Part shown: one piece after another, positions 41,529-51,759 of the stretch
How positions within the stretch are numbered: position 1 is the stretch's first letter
Layout of the letters: each line of letters begins with the position of its first letter
Source: an uncultured Lachnospiraceae bacterium
Lineage (GTDB): Bacteria > Bacillota > Clostridia > Lachnospirales > Lachnospiraceae
Assembly: GCA_934317845.1 (NCBI GenBank)
Contig: CAKRES010000005.1
Coordinates: 51,988 to 115,987, forward strand
Reading direction: 5' to 3'
DNA: 64,000 nucleotides
The notes under the pieces: model-generated
What the model was told of the DNA's origin: nothing
Seen by the model: only the letters and a program-made list of their open reading frames with translations
The model's database searches: none
Made by a program: the position numbers and the translations under genes

Positions 41529-41560
41529 GAAAAAGACGCTGACAAAAATGTCAACGTCCC
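41529..41560 (-). terminator. bidirectional intrinsic terminator (yajC / plus-strand membrane protein)
   Basis: GACGTTGACA-TTTT-TGTCAGCGTC hairpin followed by TTTTTCTT on the minus strand. Confidence 0.5.
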
Positions 41561-41565
41561 CACTT

Positions 41566-41907
41566 TTACCGCTCCATGGAAATAGTTGTACCATCCGGCT
41601 TCTCTACCGTCTGAATTGCAGTCTTTCTCATTGGAATGCGACAGTTCTTGTTGCTTCCAAATTCTACGACAACCACATCATCCTGAATATCAATGACAAC
41701 ACCATAAAAACCACTGGTTGTGATAATGCTGTCTCCCTTTTCCAATGCATTGTTCATCTCCTGCATAGACTGCTGCTGTTTCTTCTGTGGACGGATCGCC
41801 ATAAAATAAAACATAGCAACAATGATCACAATATAGATCACGATCCAGCCGATCGTCATTCCACTGCCGCCTGCACTCTTTGCTGCTGTCAAATACATAT
41901 TTAACAT
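41566..41907 (-). CDS. yajC: preprotein translocase subunit YajC
   Basis: single TM then YajC block GDSIITTSGFYGVVIDI; own TTGACG-17-TAAAAT promoter at 41934-41962. Confidence 0.85.
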   Translation of the reverse strand: MLNMYLTAAKSAGGSGMTIGWIVIYIVIIVAMFYFMAIRPQKKQQQSMQEMNNALEKGDSIITTSGFYGVVIDIQDDVVVVEFGSNKNCRIPMRKTAIQTVEKPDGTTISMER

Positions 41908-42006
41908 ATTACTTTCTCCTTTATATCATAATCTAGGGTAAATTTTACTTTTTTTCCACCCAAACGTCAAGTACTTCTTCCTTCATTTCACCATTTCTAC
42001 ACAAGC

Positions 42007-43158
42007 TTACTTTTGCTGCATTCCCATAAGCTTCTGCTTCTTGTACTCCTGATAGCGATTTTCGCGGATCGCCTCCCGGATTTCCTCCATCATGTGATTA
42101 TAAAAATAAAGATTATGGAGTACACAAAGCCGCATGCCAAGCATCTCTTTTGCCTTTAACAGATGGCGGATATAGGCTCTGCTGTAATGCTTACACGCCG
42201 GACACTGACATCCTTCTTCGATCGGACGCTCATCCAGTTCATATTTGGCATTAAAGAGATTGCGTTTTCCTTCATTGGTATAAACATGGCCATGTCGTCC
42301 GTTACGGCTTGGATATACACAGTCAAAGAAATCCACACCTCGCTCTACCGCTTCTAAAATATTGGCCGGAGTTCCCACTCCCATTAAATACGTTGGTTTG
42401 TTTTTCGGCAAATGCGGCACAACCTCATCTAAAATGCGATACATTTCCTCGTGCGTTTCCCCAACAGCCAGTCCTCCTATGGCATATCCATCCATGTCCA
42501 TGGCAGCGATCGTCTTTGCATGATCCACACGAATATCTTCAAACACACCGCCCTGATTAATACCAAAGAGCAGCTGCTCTTTATTGATCGTTTCCGGAAG
42601 GGAATTCAACCGTGCCATCTCTGTTTTACATCGTGCCAGCCATCTGGTTGTACGATCCACAGAATTTCTGATGTAGGTACGATCGGCCCGGCTTGAGGGA
42701 CACTCATCAAATGCCATCGCGATCGTAGATCCCAGATGTGACTGGATCTGCATACTTTCCTCCGGTCCCATGAAAATGCGGCGTCCATCCACATGCGACT
42801 GAAAGGTAACGCCCTCTTCTTTGATCTTTCTGAGTCCCGCCAATGAAAACACTTGAAATCCACCGGAATCCGTAAGGATCGGACGATCCCATACCATAAA
42901 TTTATGCAGTCCCCCCATTTTATAAACAACTTCATCTCCCGGACGCACATGCAGGTGGTAAGTGTTGGAAAGCTCCACCTGTGTTCCAATCTCCTTTAGA
43001 TCCATCGTAGAAACCGCTCCTTTGATCGCACCGATCGTTCCTACGTTCATAAATACAGGAGTCTGTATCGTACCATGCACCGTTTCCATCACTGCACTTT
43101 TGGCGCGCCCATCCTGTCCTACAATTTTATATGTCACTTGCTTCACTATCCTTTCCAA
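42007..43158 (-). CDS. tgt: queuine tRNA-ribosyltransferase
   Basis: TPVFMNVGT, LTDSGGFQ, zinc site CxCxxC...H; 383 aa. Confidence 0.9.
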   Translation of the reverse strand: MERIVKQVTYKIVGQDGRAKSAVMETVHGTIQTPVFMNVGTIGAIKGAVSTMDLKEIGTQVELSNTYHLHVRPGDEVVYKMGGLHKFMVWDRPILTDSGGFQVFSLAGLRKIKEEGVTFQSHVDGRRIFMGPEESMQIQSHLGSTIAMAFDECPSSRADRTYIRNSVDRTTRWLARCKTEMARLNSLPETINKEQLLFGINQGGVFEDIRVDHAKTIAAMDMDGYAIGGLAVGETHEEMYRILDEVVPHLPKNKPTYLMGVGTPANILEAVERGVDFFDCVYPSRNGRHGHVYTNEGKRNLFNAKYELDERPIEEGCQCPACKHYSRAYIRHLLKAKEMLGMRLCVLHNLYFYNHMMEEIREAIRENRYQEYKKQKLMGMQQK

Positions 43159-44251
43159 AAAAATGCCTGATTCGATCCATCCGGCTCGTCATGCTCTTTA
43201 ACACGGCATCCAGCACAGTTATAGCTGTCATTGCCTCTACCACAACAACCGCCCGCGGCACAATGACAGGATCGTGTCTTCCCTTGATGGAAATCTCGAT
43301 GTTATCTCCTTCACGATTCATCGTCTGCTGCGTTGCCGCAATGGATGGGGTTGCCTTAAATGCAGCTCTGATCCTGATCATGGAACCATCACTCATACCG
43401 CCCAAAATACCTCCGGCATGATTCGTATGTTTTAAAACATGACCTGTCTCATCCTGATAAAAGCCATCATTATCTTCACTTCCGCTAAGCTTCGCTGCAG
43501 CCATCCCTTCGCCCACTTCAAAGCCCTTTACTGCTCCGATGGAAACAATCGCCTTGGCAAGTTCAGCGTCCAATTTGTCAAATACTGTCTCGCCGATACC
43601 CGGCATCACACCGTCCACGACACATTCCACAATACCGCCAACGGAATCCTTTTCCTGCATTTTCTGATCGAGCAGTGCCTGTGCTTTTTGCGCTGCTTCC
43701 TGATCCGGCATACAAAGTGGATTGTTATCACGCTCCGCTAGTGTAACATTCGTTTCGTTTATCGATACGTCCCCGATGGCACTGGTATAGGCGCACACCG
43801 TAATCCCAAGTTCTGAAAGTACCTTCGCTGCGATCGCTCCGGCCGCCACTCTTGCGATCGTTTCCCTGCCGGAGGAGCGTCCGCCACCCCGGTAGTCGCG
43901 GAAACCATATTTTTGATCAAATGTATAATCCGCATGTCCCGGACGATAATAGGATGCGATCTCGCTGTAATCCTTTGATCTCTGATCTTCATTGTAAACG
44001 ATCATTGAGATTGGAGTTCCGGTTGTTCTTCCCTCAAACACGCCGGATAAGATCTCTACCCGGTCGGATTCCTTGCGCATTGTAGTATATTTGCTCTGAC
44101 CGGGTTTTCTGCGGTCTAAATATATCTGAATGTCTTCTTCGGTGAGTGCAAGTCCTGCCGGACACCCGTCTACAACTACTCCTATTCCTTTCCCATGAGA
44201 TTCTCCCCATGTTGTGATCCGAAAGATCGTTCCAAATGATGAACCAGCCAT
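43127..44251 (-). CDS. aroC: chorismate synthase
   Basis: N-terminal [15 protein letters not shown] signature, 374 aa. Confidence 0.92.
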   Translation of the reverse strand: MAGSSFGTIFRITTWGESHGKGIGVVVDGCPAGLALTEEDIQIYLDRRKPGQSKYTTMRKESDRVEILSGVFEGRTTGTPISMIVYNEDQRSKDYSEIASYYRPGHADYTFDQKYGFRDYRGGGRSSGRETIARVAAGAIAAKVLSELGITVCAYTSAIGDVSINETNVTLAERDNNPLCMPDQEAAQKAQALLDQKMQEKDSVGGIVECVVDGVMPGIGETVFDKLDAELAKAIVSIGAVKGFEVGEGMAAAKLSGSEDNDGFYQDETGHVLKHTNHAGGILGGMSDGSMIRIRAAFKATPSIAATQQTMNREGDNIEISIKGRHDPVIVPRAVVVVEAMTAITVLDAVLKSMTSRMDRIRHFFGKDSEASDI

Positions 44252-44321
44252 GCGTTTTCTCCTTCTTTCCTCTGCTGTCTGTGCCTATGGCAAACAATAG
44301 TAACAGTCTATCAAAACCCAT

Positions 44322-44367
44322 TAAAAAAAGCAAGTACCGCTCTTTCTCAAAGAACCATACCTGCTTT
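44322..44367 (-). terminator. intrinsic terminator after the ABC/GldG-like operon
   Basis: 9-bp stem AAGCAGGTA/TACTTGCTT (one G-U), 21-nt loop, then TTTTTTTAAT on the minus strand. Confidence 0.45.
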
Positions 44368-44383
44368 TATACTTTTTAATGAC

Positions 44384-45919
44384 CTAGGAACGTTTCCGTA
44401 CCACGATCACAACAATTCCTAACACGATCAAAAGTACCGGAATACCAATCAGACCGATTGCCGTGATCATCTTTGATGCAAAGGAAGTAAATACCGCATG
44501 CGTATTCGTAACAGTCGGAGATTTGACTGCAATCTTACTTTCCTGTGCAGTCATATAATTGACTGCATTACAGTAAAAGCTTGAGTTCGCACCGGATACC
44601 ACCGAATCAATATCTGATACATCCATAGAGGAAGAACCGGATACAAATACTACACCTTCGTCATCCTTGTTGGTTACTATCTGCGCAATGGCAAATGGAC
44701 CATCAATATCATCCTTTGTTTTTTCTCCACTGCCAGAAGAAACATCTACCTTGGAGAAGGAATCATTTGATGTAACCAAAAGATCTGTTACTGTGTAGCC
44801 ATCTACCTTTTCTGCGCTAAGTCCCTTGCTGACCGGAGCTAAGATATGCATGCTCTTGGAACTGATTGGCTGGGTAATATCATGAGAAGCTAAGGTTGGC
44901 AGCAGGTAGGTTGGATAATTACCCATGTAATAACCGGAACCATTTTCTACCACAATACCTTCATTGACTTTCACACCATATTTGAGCAATAATGCATTTA
45001 ACTTCTCGTAGGTCTGATTTGGATTCAGAGTGACAAAAAGTTTTCCACCATTGTCCATATATTCTTCGATATTCTCCACCAGACTATCGGAAAGATCACT
45101 GGTTGGAGAATTAATGATCAATAATTTACAATCCTTTGGAATACCTCCGGATACAACAACATCTAACGATTCAATGTCATAGTTGTCATTGCTTAATCCA
45201 CTTTGGAAATTGTCACTTAAATCTGTTTCACCCTGACCGGTCAGTGTGTATACTTTGGTCGCTTCTCCCGTCATACAATAATCAATGGCCGAAACCAGTT
45301 TTGATTCCAGATTGACTGTAGTAGATGCACTTCCATCCTCGCCATAATCATAGGAAACATAATCACTACTGCTAACATAACGACTTCTGTCATTTCCTAC
45401 CACGATCATATCATTCTCTGCTGCGGTTGAACCATCCGTAATGTATTTCGATGCAAAGTCCGGATAAAGCTCTAAGTCTTTATATTCTACGTTTACATAT
45501 TTGCTGGCATTTTCAAACTGATCTAAGATATTAGTGTAAACACTGTTGGTATTTCCTTTTGCATTTAAGAAGTAGACCGTGATCTTCGTATCCTTCTTCA
45601 AGGTATCCAACATCTTCTCCGTTGCATCTGAAAGTGTATAAAGCTTGGAAGAAGTCAGATCAATGCTCCAGTTTTTAGATGATAAAAATACATTCAGGAT
45701 GATCACTGCTGCGATCACTACTACAACTGCTACTGTGGAAAGGATGCCATGACGCACTTTGCGCTGTGATATGGTAAGATCCTTTTTCTCTTTTTTGTCT
45801 TTCTTTTCCTCTACAACTTCCACCACAGGTTCTGTCTGGGTAGATTTCGTGTCTTTCGTTATTTCATTTTCATTATTCTGTTCTTTGTTCGCCACAATCT
45901 TACCCTCCTTTAATTCCAT
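44384..45919 (-). CDS. GldG-like ABC-transporter auxiliary component
   Basis: N-terminal cytoplasmic K/E-rich stretch, TM, large extracytoplasmic domain, C-terminal TM; last gene of an ATPase-permease-auxiliary trio. Confidence 0.6.
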   Translation of the reverse strand: MELKEGKIVANKEQNNENEITKDTKSTQTEPVVEVVEEKKDKKEKKDLTISQRKVRHGILSTVAVVVVIAAVIILNVFLSSKNWSIDLTSSKLYTLSDATEKMLDTLKKDTKITVYFLNAKGNTNSVYTNILDQFENASKYVNVEYKDLELYPDFASKYITDGSTAAENDMIVVGNDRSRYVSSSDYVSYDYGEDGSASTTVNLESKLVSAIDYCMTGEATKVYTLTGQGETDLSDNFQSGLSNDNYDIESLDVVVSGGIPKDCKLLIINSPTSDLSDSLVENIEEYMDNGGKLFVTLNPNQTYEKLNALLLKYGVKVNEGIVVENGSGYYMGNYPTYLLPTLASHDITQPISSKSMHILAPVSKGLSAEKVDGYTVTDLLVTSNDSFSKVDVSSGSGEKTKDDIDGPFAIAQIVTNKDDEGVVFVSGSSSMDVSDIDSVVSGANSSFYCNAVNYMTAQESKIAVKSPTVTNTHAVFTSFASKMITAIGLIGIPVLLIVLGIVVIVVRKRS

Positions 45920-46779
45920 CTTTTCTTTTCAATCATGTGTACTGTTAAAAACAGAAATACACCTGCAAATGACAGATAGTATACCACTGCACTGACATCT
46001 AAAAGTCCATTGATGAAGGAATTCGTGTAACGCTCCATCATGGAGAACCAGTCGATCACTTTGGAAAGCCCATCATCATACATGGATGGTTTGATAAAAT
46101 ATACTAATGCGATTGCGCCTGCTCCAACGATACCAGAAACCACAGAAGGCAGCACCTTTTTTGTGGAAACATAAAACAGTATCATCACTGCAACAACTAC
46201 ACAGGCATAAAAGATAATGCTGTATCTTGCTCTTCCCGGAAGATTGTTTGAAATGTTATTCAGGAAAAAAGAAGCAAAGATCAATACAGCCGTCACAACC
46301 GCAGATACGATCTGATTCTCCGTCAAGGAAGAGATAAAGAAACCAACTGCGATCAGAGCAGCTCCTACTAAAAAGTAACCAAACATTCCCAATGCAACCG
46401 TCGTCCACTCTACATCACCATAAAAGTGAAGCATAAACGGATAGAGCATGATGATCACCAATGCGATCACAAATAAACTAAGTACCGCAAGATATTTTCC
46501 GATCACAATCTTTATTACGCTGATCGGAGAAGTCAAAAGAAGCTGATCTGTTTTTTGTTTGCGCTCCTCAGACCAAAGGCGCATCGTGATGATCGGCACT
46601 AACAGTCCTAACCATGTACAGGTACTTGGAAGTACATATCCGGTAAAATCTGTGAGGGAATATCCCACACAATAATATACAAAGTAAATTCCAACTAATA
46701 CCACAAATGCAGCCAGAAATAAATAGGCAATCATAGAGGTGAAATAACCTTGCATTTCTTTTTTATAAATCGCTAACAT
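45910..46779 (-). CDS. ABC-2 family transporter permease
   Basis: six hydrophobic helices, 289 aa, translationally coupled to the ATPase (ATGA overlap). Confidence 0.7.
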   Translation of the reverse strand: MLAIYKKEMQGYFTSMIAYLFLAAFVVLVGIYFVYYCVGYSLTDFTGYVLPSTCTWLGLLVPIITMRLWSEERKQKTDQLLLTSPISVIKIVIGKYLAVLSLFVIALVIIMLYPFMLHFYGDVEWTTVALGMFGYFLVGAALIAVGFFISSLTENQIVSAVVTAVLIFASFFLNNISNNLPGRARYSIIFYACVVVAVMILFYVSTKKVLPSVVSGIVGAGAIALVYFIKPSMYDDGLSKVIDWFSMMERYTNSFINGLLDVSAVVYYLSFAGVFLFLTVHMIEKKRWN

Positions 46780-47840
46780 TACTCTTCCTCCTTTTCTTCT
46801 GAGGCTGCATCTGTCTCTGCTGTCTCTTCTGTAGTCTCAGCAACCGGTGTCTGCTCGTCTGCATCCTGCTTAGATGCTTTCTCATCCTCGTCATTGGTGA
46901 GCTTTAAGAAGACTTCCTCTAACGATAAGCTCTCTCTTGAAATACGTCGAACCGGCATTTTCTTTTCTGCAAACAGATAGAACAGGTCATCGTTCTTATC
47001 CTCATCTGTTTTCAGCAGCACATGTACTTCTAATACATCGTCGATCTGCTCACCAAAATCGAAACTATCCACATAATCGATATTCTGCAATACTGCTTCA
47101 ATCTGCTCTTTTGTTCCTTTGATCTCCATTGACACATGACTCTGATTAGAGTACTTCTTGGACAGATTCTCCGGTGTATCCTCTGCTACTACAACTCCCT
47201 TGTTGATAATGATGATGTGATCACACACCTCACTAACCTCTGATAAAATATGGGAGCTTAAAATAACGGTATGTTCTTTTGATAATCCACGGATCAATTC
47301 CCGGATCTCTACCACCTGACTTGGATCTAAACCTACTGTCGGCTCATCTAAGATTAAAATAGGAGGATTGCCAAGCAGTGCTGCTGCAAGGCCCACTCTT
47401 TGGCGGTATCCTTTGGAAAGCTTACTGATAATACGCCGGGCGCGATCCGTGATCTTGGTGATCTTCATCACCCGTTTTACCTCTTCCGGACGCTCTTTTT
47501 TCGCCACACCTTTTAATTCTGCCACAAACTTCAGATAAGACAGTACCGTCATATCCGTATAAAGCGGCGGAATCTCCGGCAGATAACCAATGGCACGTTT
47601 TGCCTCTTTTGGCTCTGTCATAATATCATGGCCGTCAATCTTTACAGAACCACTCGTGGCACTGATGTATCCGGTAATGATATTCATTGTGGTGGACTTA
47701 CCAGCTCCATTCGGACCGAGCAGACCAACTACCTGGCCTTCTTCCACATGTAAGCTAAGACCTTTGACCGCTTCAAACTTGCCATAGTTCTTAACTAAGT
47801 CTTCTACTACAATCATAATATCCTCCTTTTTGCCCTGCAT
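46779..47840 (-). CDS. ABC transporter ATP-binding protein with acidic C-terminal tail
   Basis: Walker A GPNGAGKST, LSKGYRQR signature, ILILDEP; extra ~45-aa D/E-rich tail. Confidence 0.85.
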   Translation of the reverse strand: MQGKKEDIMIVVEDLVKNYGKFEAVKGLSLHVEEGQVVGLLGPNGAGKSTTMNIITGYISATSGSVKIDGHDIMTEPKEAKRAIGYLPEIPPLYTDMTVLSYLKFVAELKGVAKKERPEEVKRVMKITKITDRARRIISKLSKGYRQRVGLAAALLGNPPILILDEPTVGLDPSQVVEIRELIRGLSKEHTVILSSHILSEVSEVCDHIIIINKGVVVAEDTPENLSKKYSNQSHVSMEIKGTKEQIEAVLQNIDYVDSFDFGEQIDDVLEVHVLLKTDEDKNDDLFYLFAEKKMPVRRISRESLSLEEVFLKLTNDEDEKASKQDADEQTPVAETTEETAETDAASEEKEEE

Positions 47841-47937
47841 TTGCAGAACATGTTTTCCTAACCTTTACTGATAGTAAAATACAAATGTCACTATTCTGTG
47901 AACAAATTTCCAAAATTTTGCAAACCGGAAATTTTGA

Positions 47938-49368
47938 TCACTGTTCCAGCTTTGGCACTTTGGTTCCCCGCATCTCAATGATCGGAACTCCTTTTCCCTC
48001 AATGTAATCCTTCGTAATAGTCACTCTTCCGATGTTTTCATCCCGTGGGATCTGATACATGATATCCAGCATAAATTTTTCAATGATCGCACGAAGCGCA
48101 CGCGCTCCGGTATCTTTCTTCACCGCCTGCTCTGCAATCGCCTCAAGCGCGCTGTCATCAAACTGAAGATCTACTTCATCCAATGCCAGAAGCTTCTGGT
48201 ACTGCTTTAAGATCGCATTTTTCGGCTCCTTTAAAATCTTGACAAAGGCATCCTTATCAAGATGCTTCAATGTATAAATGATCGGCAGTCGTCCGATAAA
48301 CTCCGGGATCATACCGTAAGTTCTTAAATCTTCCACCGTCACCTCTTCCAAAACATCCTCATCATCAAACTGGTCTTTTAATTCCGCATTAAATCCCATC
48401 GTGGAATTTTTCAGAAGACGTTTCTTAATAATCTCTTCCAGATCAGGAAATGCACCACCACAGATAAATAAAATATTTCTTGTATCAACTGTGGTAAGCG
48501 GCACCATCGCGTTTTTGGAGCTTGCTCCGACCGGAACTTCCACTTCACTGCCCTCTAACAGCTTTAATAAGCCCTGCTGTACCGACTCTCCGCTGACATC
48601 ACGGCTGTTTGTATTTTTCTTTTTCGCAATCTTGTCAATCTCATCAATGAAAATGATCCCCTGCTGCGCCCGCTCCACATCATTATCCGCCGCCGCTAAA
48701 AGCTTGGAGATCACGCTCTCCACATCATCGCCGATATATCCGGCTTCGGTAAGAGAGGTCGCATCCGTGATCGCAAGCGGCACATTTAAAAGCCTTGCCA
48801 GTGTTTTTACAAGATAAGTCTTGCCGCATCCGGTCGGTCCGATCATTAACATGTTGGACTTATCGATCTCAATGTCGTCCATCGTGTTGGTAATGACTCT
48901 TTTATAGTGGTTGTAAACAGCAACTGAGATCACCTTTTTTGCATAATCCTGCCCGATCACATACTCATCTAACATTGCTTTGATCTTGTGTGGAGAAGGA
49001 ATATTAGAAAGAGTAAGCTCCGGTTCTTTTTCTTTCTTTTTCTTCTGCTTTTGTGGTTTTACCTTCGGAGTTTTTCCCATCCCCATATCGGAAAGCCTCG
49101 ACAGATCAAAATTGCTCATATCCATAAACTGGATGTTGCCACCTGCTAACCCATCAAATGTTTTCTGCATACAATCCTGACAGATACAGATATCATTTGG
49201 CATATGTATCAGGCGTCCGGCAATGCTTTGCGGGCGATGGCACAGATAACAATACTCCTCATAGCCGTCCTTGTCATCATCATTCTCTTCTTTTTTGCTA
49301 TTCTCATCAAAAAGCTCATTTCCCTGCTCATCTACTTCATTAAAATTTAAATCATCTTTATCTGACAT
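47938..49368 (-). CDS. clpX: ATP-dependent Clp protease ATP-binding subunit ClpX
   Basis: C4 zinc finger (CYLC...CQDC), AAA+ Walker A GPTGCGKT, 476 aa with ~38-aa acidic N-terminal extension; no clpP adjacent. Confidence 0.88.
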   Translation of the reverse strand: MSDKDDLNFNEVDEQGNELFDENSKKEENDDDKDGYEEYCYLCHRPQSIAGRLIHMPNDICICQDCMQKTFDGLAGGNIQFMDMSNFDLSRLSDMGMGKTPKVKPQKQKKKKEKEPELTLSNIPSPHKIKAMLDEYVIGQDYAKKVISVAVYNHYKRVITNTMDDIEIDKSNMLMIGPTGCGKTYLVKTLARLLNVPLAITDATSLTEAGYIGDDVESVISKLLAAADNDVERAQQGIIFIDEIDKIAKKKNTNSRDVSGESVQQGLLKLLEGSEVEVPVGASSKNAMVPLTTVDTRNILFICGGAFPDLEEIIKKRLLKNSTMGFNAELKDQFDDEDVLEEVTVEDLRTYGMIPEFIGRLPIIYTLKHLDKDAFVKILKEPKNAILKQYQKLLALDEVDLQFDDSALEAIAEQAVKKDTGARALRAIIEKFMLDIMYQIPRDENIGRVTITKDYIEGKGVPIIEMRGTKVPKLEQ

Positions 49369-49411
49369 AGTTACTCCTCCATTACTGTTTCACGCTAAAT
49401 CAACAACAACT

Positions 49412-49441
49412 AGTATAACTAGGAATCAGATCCCTTGTCAA
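49412..49441 (-). promoter_or_regulatory. sigma-A promoter of clpX with a palindrome over the -10
   Basis: minus strand TTGACA-18nt-TATACT; 13-bp palindrome CTAGTATAACTAG (49410-49422) spans the -10. Confidence 0.5.
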
Positions 49442-49458
49442 TTTTTTTACCCTAACAA

Positions 49459-50850
49459 TTATTGCCACACATCTTTCAACAACGTCACTGCCGCCGCAAT
49501 CTCCTCCTCGGACAACTGGGCAAATCCCATCAAAAAGGTCGGGTACATCCGAAAATATGGTGCGATCATATAACGAGACAGCGGATAAAGCTTCATTTTC
49601 TGCTGTTTTGCTGCCTTTAAAAGTTCCTCCTCGGGCATTTTTCCAAGCCATTCGAGTACAACATACGATCCTGCATTGGATCCACTTAACCGTACCCGGT
49701 CGCCAAAACGTTTCAATTCCCTCATCAGGATGTCATGTCTGGTTTTATAACGTTTTCGCAAACGGTTTAAGTGACGTTCAAAATATCCCTGTGCCAGAAA
49801 TTTGGTCATGATCGACTGATCCAGACGTGATACCGTACAAGGGAAGCTCTTAAACATCTGCCGGTAGTTGTAAAGAAGCGGATCCGGAAGTACCATGTAG
49901 CTCATTCGGATTGCCGGAGAGATTACTTTTGAAAAGCTTCCAAAATAGATCACCTTTTTGCCGTGATCCATACTTTGCAGTGCCGGGATCGGACGTCCAT
50001 GATAACGGAATTCGCTGTCGTAGTCATCTTCAATAATATACCGGGACGGTTCAAAATTTGCCCAGTTTAACAATTGTGTGCGCCGGCTGGCTGGCATGAC
50101 CATACCAAGCGGAAATTGGTGTGACGGTGTCACATAGGCAATATTTGCTTCGCTTTCGATCAATTGATCGACCGACAATCCATTTTCATCGACCGCGATC
50201 GGAGCTACTTTTCTTCCGAGTGACGTGATCGTGTCATAACTGGAACGATATGCCGGATTTTCCATTGCAATATAACTTTTTTCTCCCAGCAGGCGAAGCA
50301 ACAGCATCATCAAATACTGGCTTCCGGCTCCAATCACAATATTTTCCGGTTTTGCATATACCCCACGATTTTGCCGCAGATAATTGGATAGCTCCTGGCG
50401 CAGACCAAAATCTCCTTGCGGTTCACTGCTTTGAAATAATGTACCATCATCATAATTGATGCACTCCTTAGAGAGCTTTCTCCAGTAGGTGTCCGGAAAA
50501 TTAAGGGCATCCGCTCCTGTCGGGGAAAAATCATAGGTGACCACTTCTTCCCGTATCTGCTCTTCTTTATTCTTCGGATAGGCAACCGGAACAATGCGCA
50601 GCAGTTCCTCAATATTGCTGGCATAATAGCCACTCTTTTCCTTCGCCTCCACATAGCCTTCCGCCACAAGCTGGGCATATGCCATATCGACCGTACTGCG
50701 GCTGACAGAAAGATGCTCGGATAGCTTTCGGCTGGATGGCAGTTTTTCATGACAGGCAATCCGCCCCGCTTTGATCTCTTCTCTGATATACTGATAGATC
50801 TGTTCATAATAGGGGGTATCACTATTATTTTTTAAATAGATGGTAAGCAT
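49459..50850 (-). CDS. MocR-type GntR-family regulator fused to a PLP aminotransferase-like domain
   Basis: N-terminal wHTH (KLPSSRKLSEHLSVSRSTV), C-terminal class I aminotransferase-like fold, 463 aa. Confidence 0.8.
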   Translation of the reverse strand: MLTIYLKNNSDTPYYEQIYQYIREEIKAGRIACHEKLPSSRKLSEHLSVSRSTVDMAYAQLVAEGYVEAKEKSGYYASNIEELLRIVPVAYPKNKEEQIREEVVTYDFSPTGADALNFPDTYWRKLSKECINYDDGTLFQSSEPQGDFGLRQELSNYLRQNRGVYAKPENIVIGAGSQYLMMLLLRLLGEKSYIAMENPAYRSSYDTITSLGRKVAPIAVDENGLSVDQLIESEANIAYVTPSHQFPLGMVMPASRRTQLLNWANFEPSRYIIEDDYDSEFRYHGRPIPALQSMDHGKKVIYFGSFSKVISPAIRMSYMVLPDPLLYNYRQMFKSFPCTVSRLDQSIMTKFLAQGYFERHLNRLRKRYKTRHDILMRELKRFGDRVRLSGSNAGSYVVLEWLGKMPEEELLKAAKQQKMKLYPLSRYMIAPYFRMYPTFLMGFAQLSEEEIAAAVTLLKDVWQ

Positions 50851-50923
50851 CCATTTCCTCCTTTACAAAAAGCCCAAGATCCCGTAGGAATCCTGGGCTT
50901 ATCAATCCTTCTCTGGGTACCTT

Positions 50924-51742
50924 TTATTTGGCTTTGTATTCACTCACCTTAATTGAGGAAATGGTGACTGCCTCTTTCGGCATATCATTTTCATCCGTTT
51001 CCACTGTTGCGATCTGATCTACAATATCCATTCCATCGATCACCTGTCCAAATACCGTATAGCTTCCCTGCAGCCATGGCGCACCACCGTACTGCTCATA
51101 TGCTTTTTTCTGCTCATCAGTGAAGGTATATCCGTTCTTTTCGTAATTATTCATGTCCTCTTCTGTAACCTTTGCCATCTGTGTAATGAAGAACTGGCTG
51201 CCGTTACTTGGGTCTACTCCGGAATTGGCGTAGCATAAAGAACCGCGGAGCACCATCGCCTGCTCAGAGATTTCATTGTAGAATGGCTCACCCCAGATAC
51301 TCTCGCCACCGATACCACTACCTTCCGGATCACCGCCCTGGATCATGAAATCATTGATCACACGGTGGAACGTCAGTCCATCATAGTAGCCTTCTTTGGC
51401 ATGTGTCACAAAATTCTTCACTCCATATGGTGCGATCTTATCGAAAAATTTCACTGTAATATCACCATAATCTTTTACCGAGATCGTAGCGATCGTCTCG
51501 CCCTCTTTCGGCTCAGCCATCTGGTCAAATCCATCGATCGTATCTGCCTTTGTCACCCCGGTCATATCCATGGTGGAGCCATCACTGGCTTTTTGTTTTT
51601 CCTGCGTTGTTTTCTCTGTTGTTTCCTCTGTAGTATTTCCGGAAAGAACATCTTCCTTTTCCGGGATACCGTCCTGCTTTCCACATCCGGCTGATAAAGC
51701 CAGCAGACCAACAAGCAGTACCATCATCATCCATTTTTTCAT
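50924..51742 (-). CDS. cyclophilin-type peptidyl-prolyl cis-trans isomerase, lipoprotein
   Basis: lipobox LSAGC, cyclophilin signature FHRVINDFMIQGGDP. Confidence 0.85.
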   Translation of the reverse strand: MKKWMMMVLLVGLLALSAGCGKQDGIPEKEDVLSGNTTEETTEKTTQEKQKASDGSTMDMTGVTKADTIDGFDQMAEPKEGETIATISVKDYGDITVKFFDKIAPYGVKNFVTHAKEGYYDGLTFHRVINDFMIQGGDPEGSGIGGESIWGEPFYNEISEQAMVLRGSLCYANSGVDPSNGSQFFITQMAKVTEEDMNNYEKNGYTFTDEQKKAYEQYGGAPWLQGSYTVFGQVIDGMDIVDQIATVETDENDMPKEAVTISSIKVSEYKAK

Positions 51743-51759
51743 GTCTTTTCTCCTTATCT

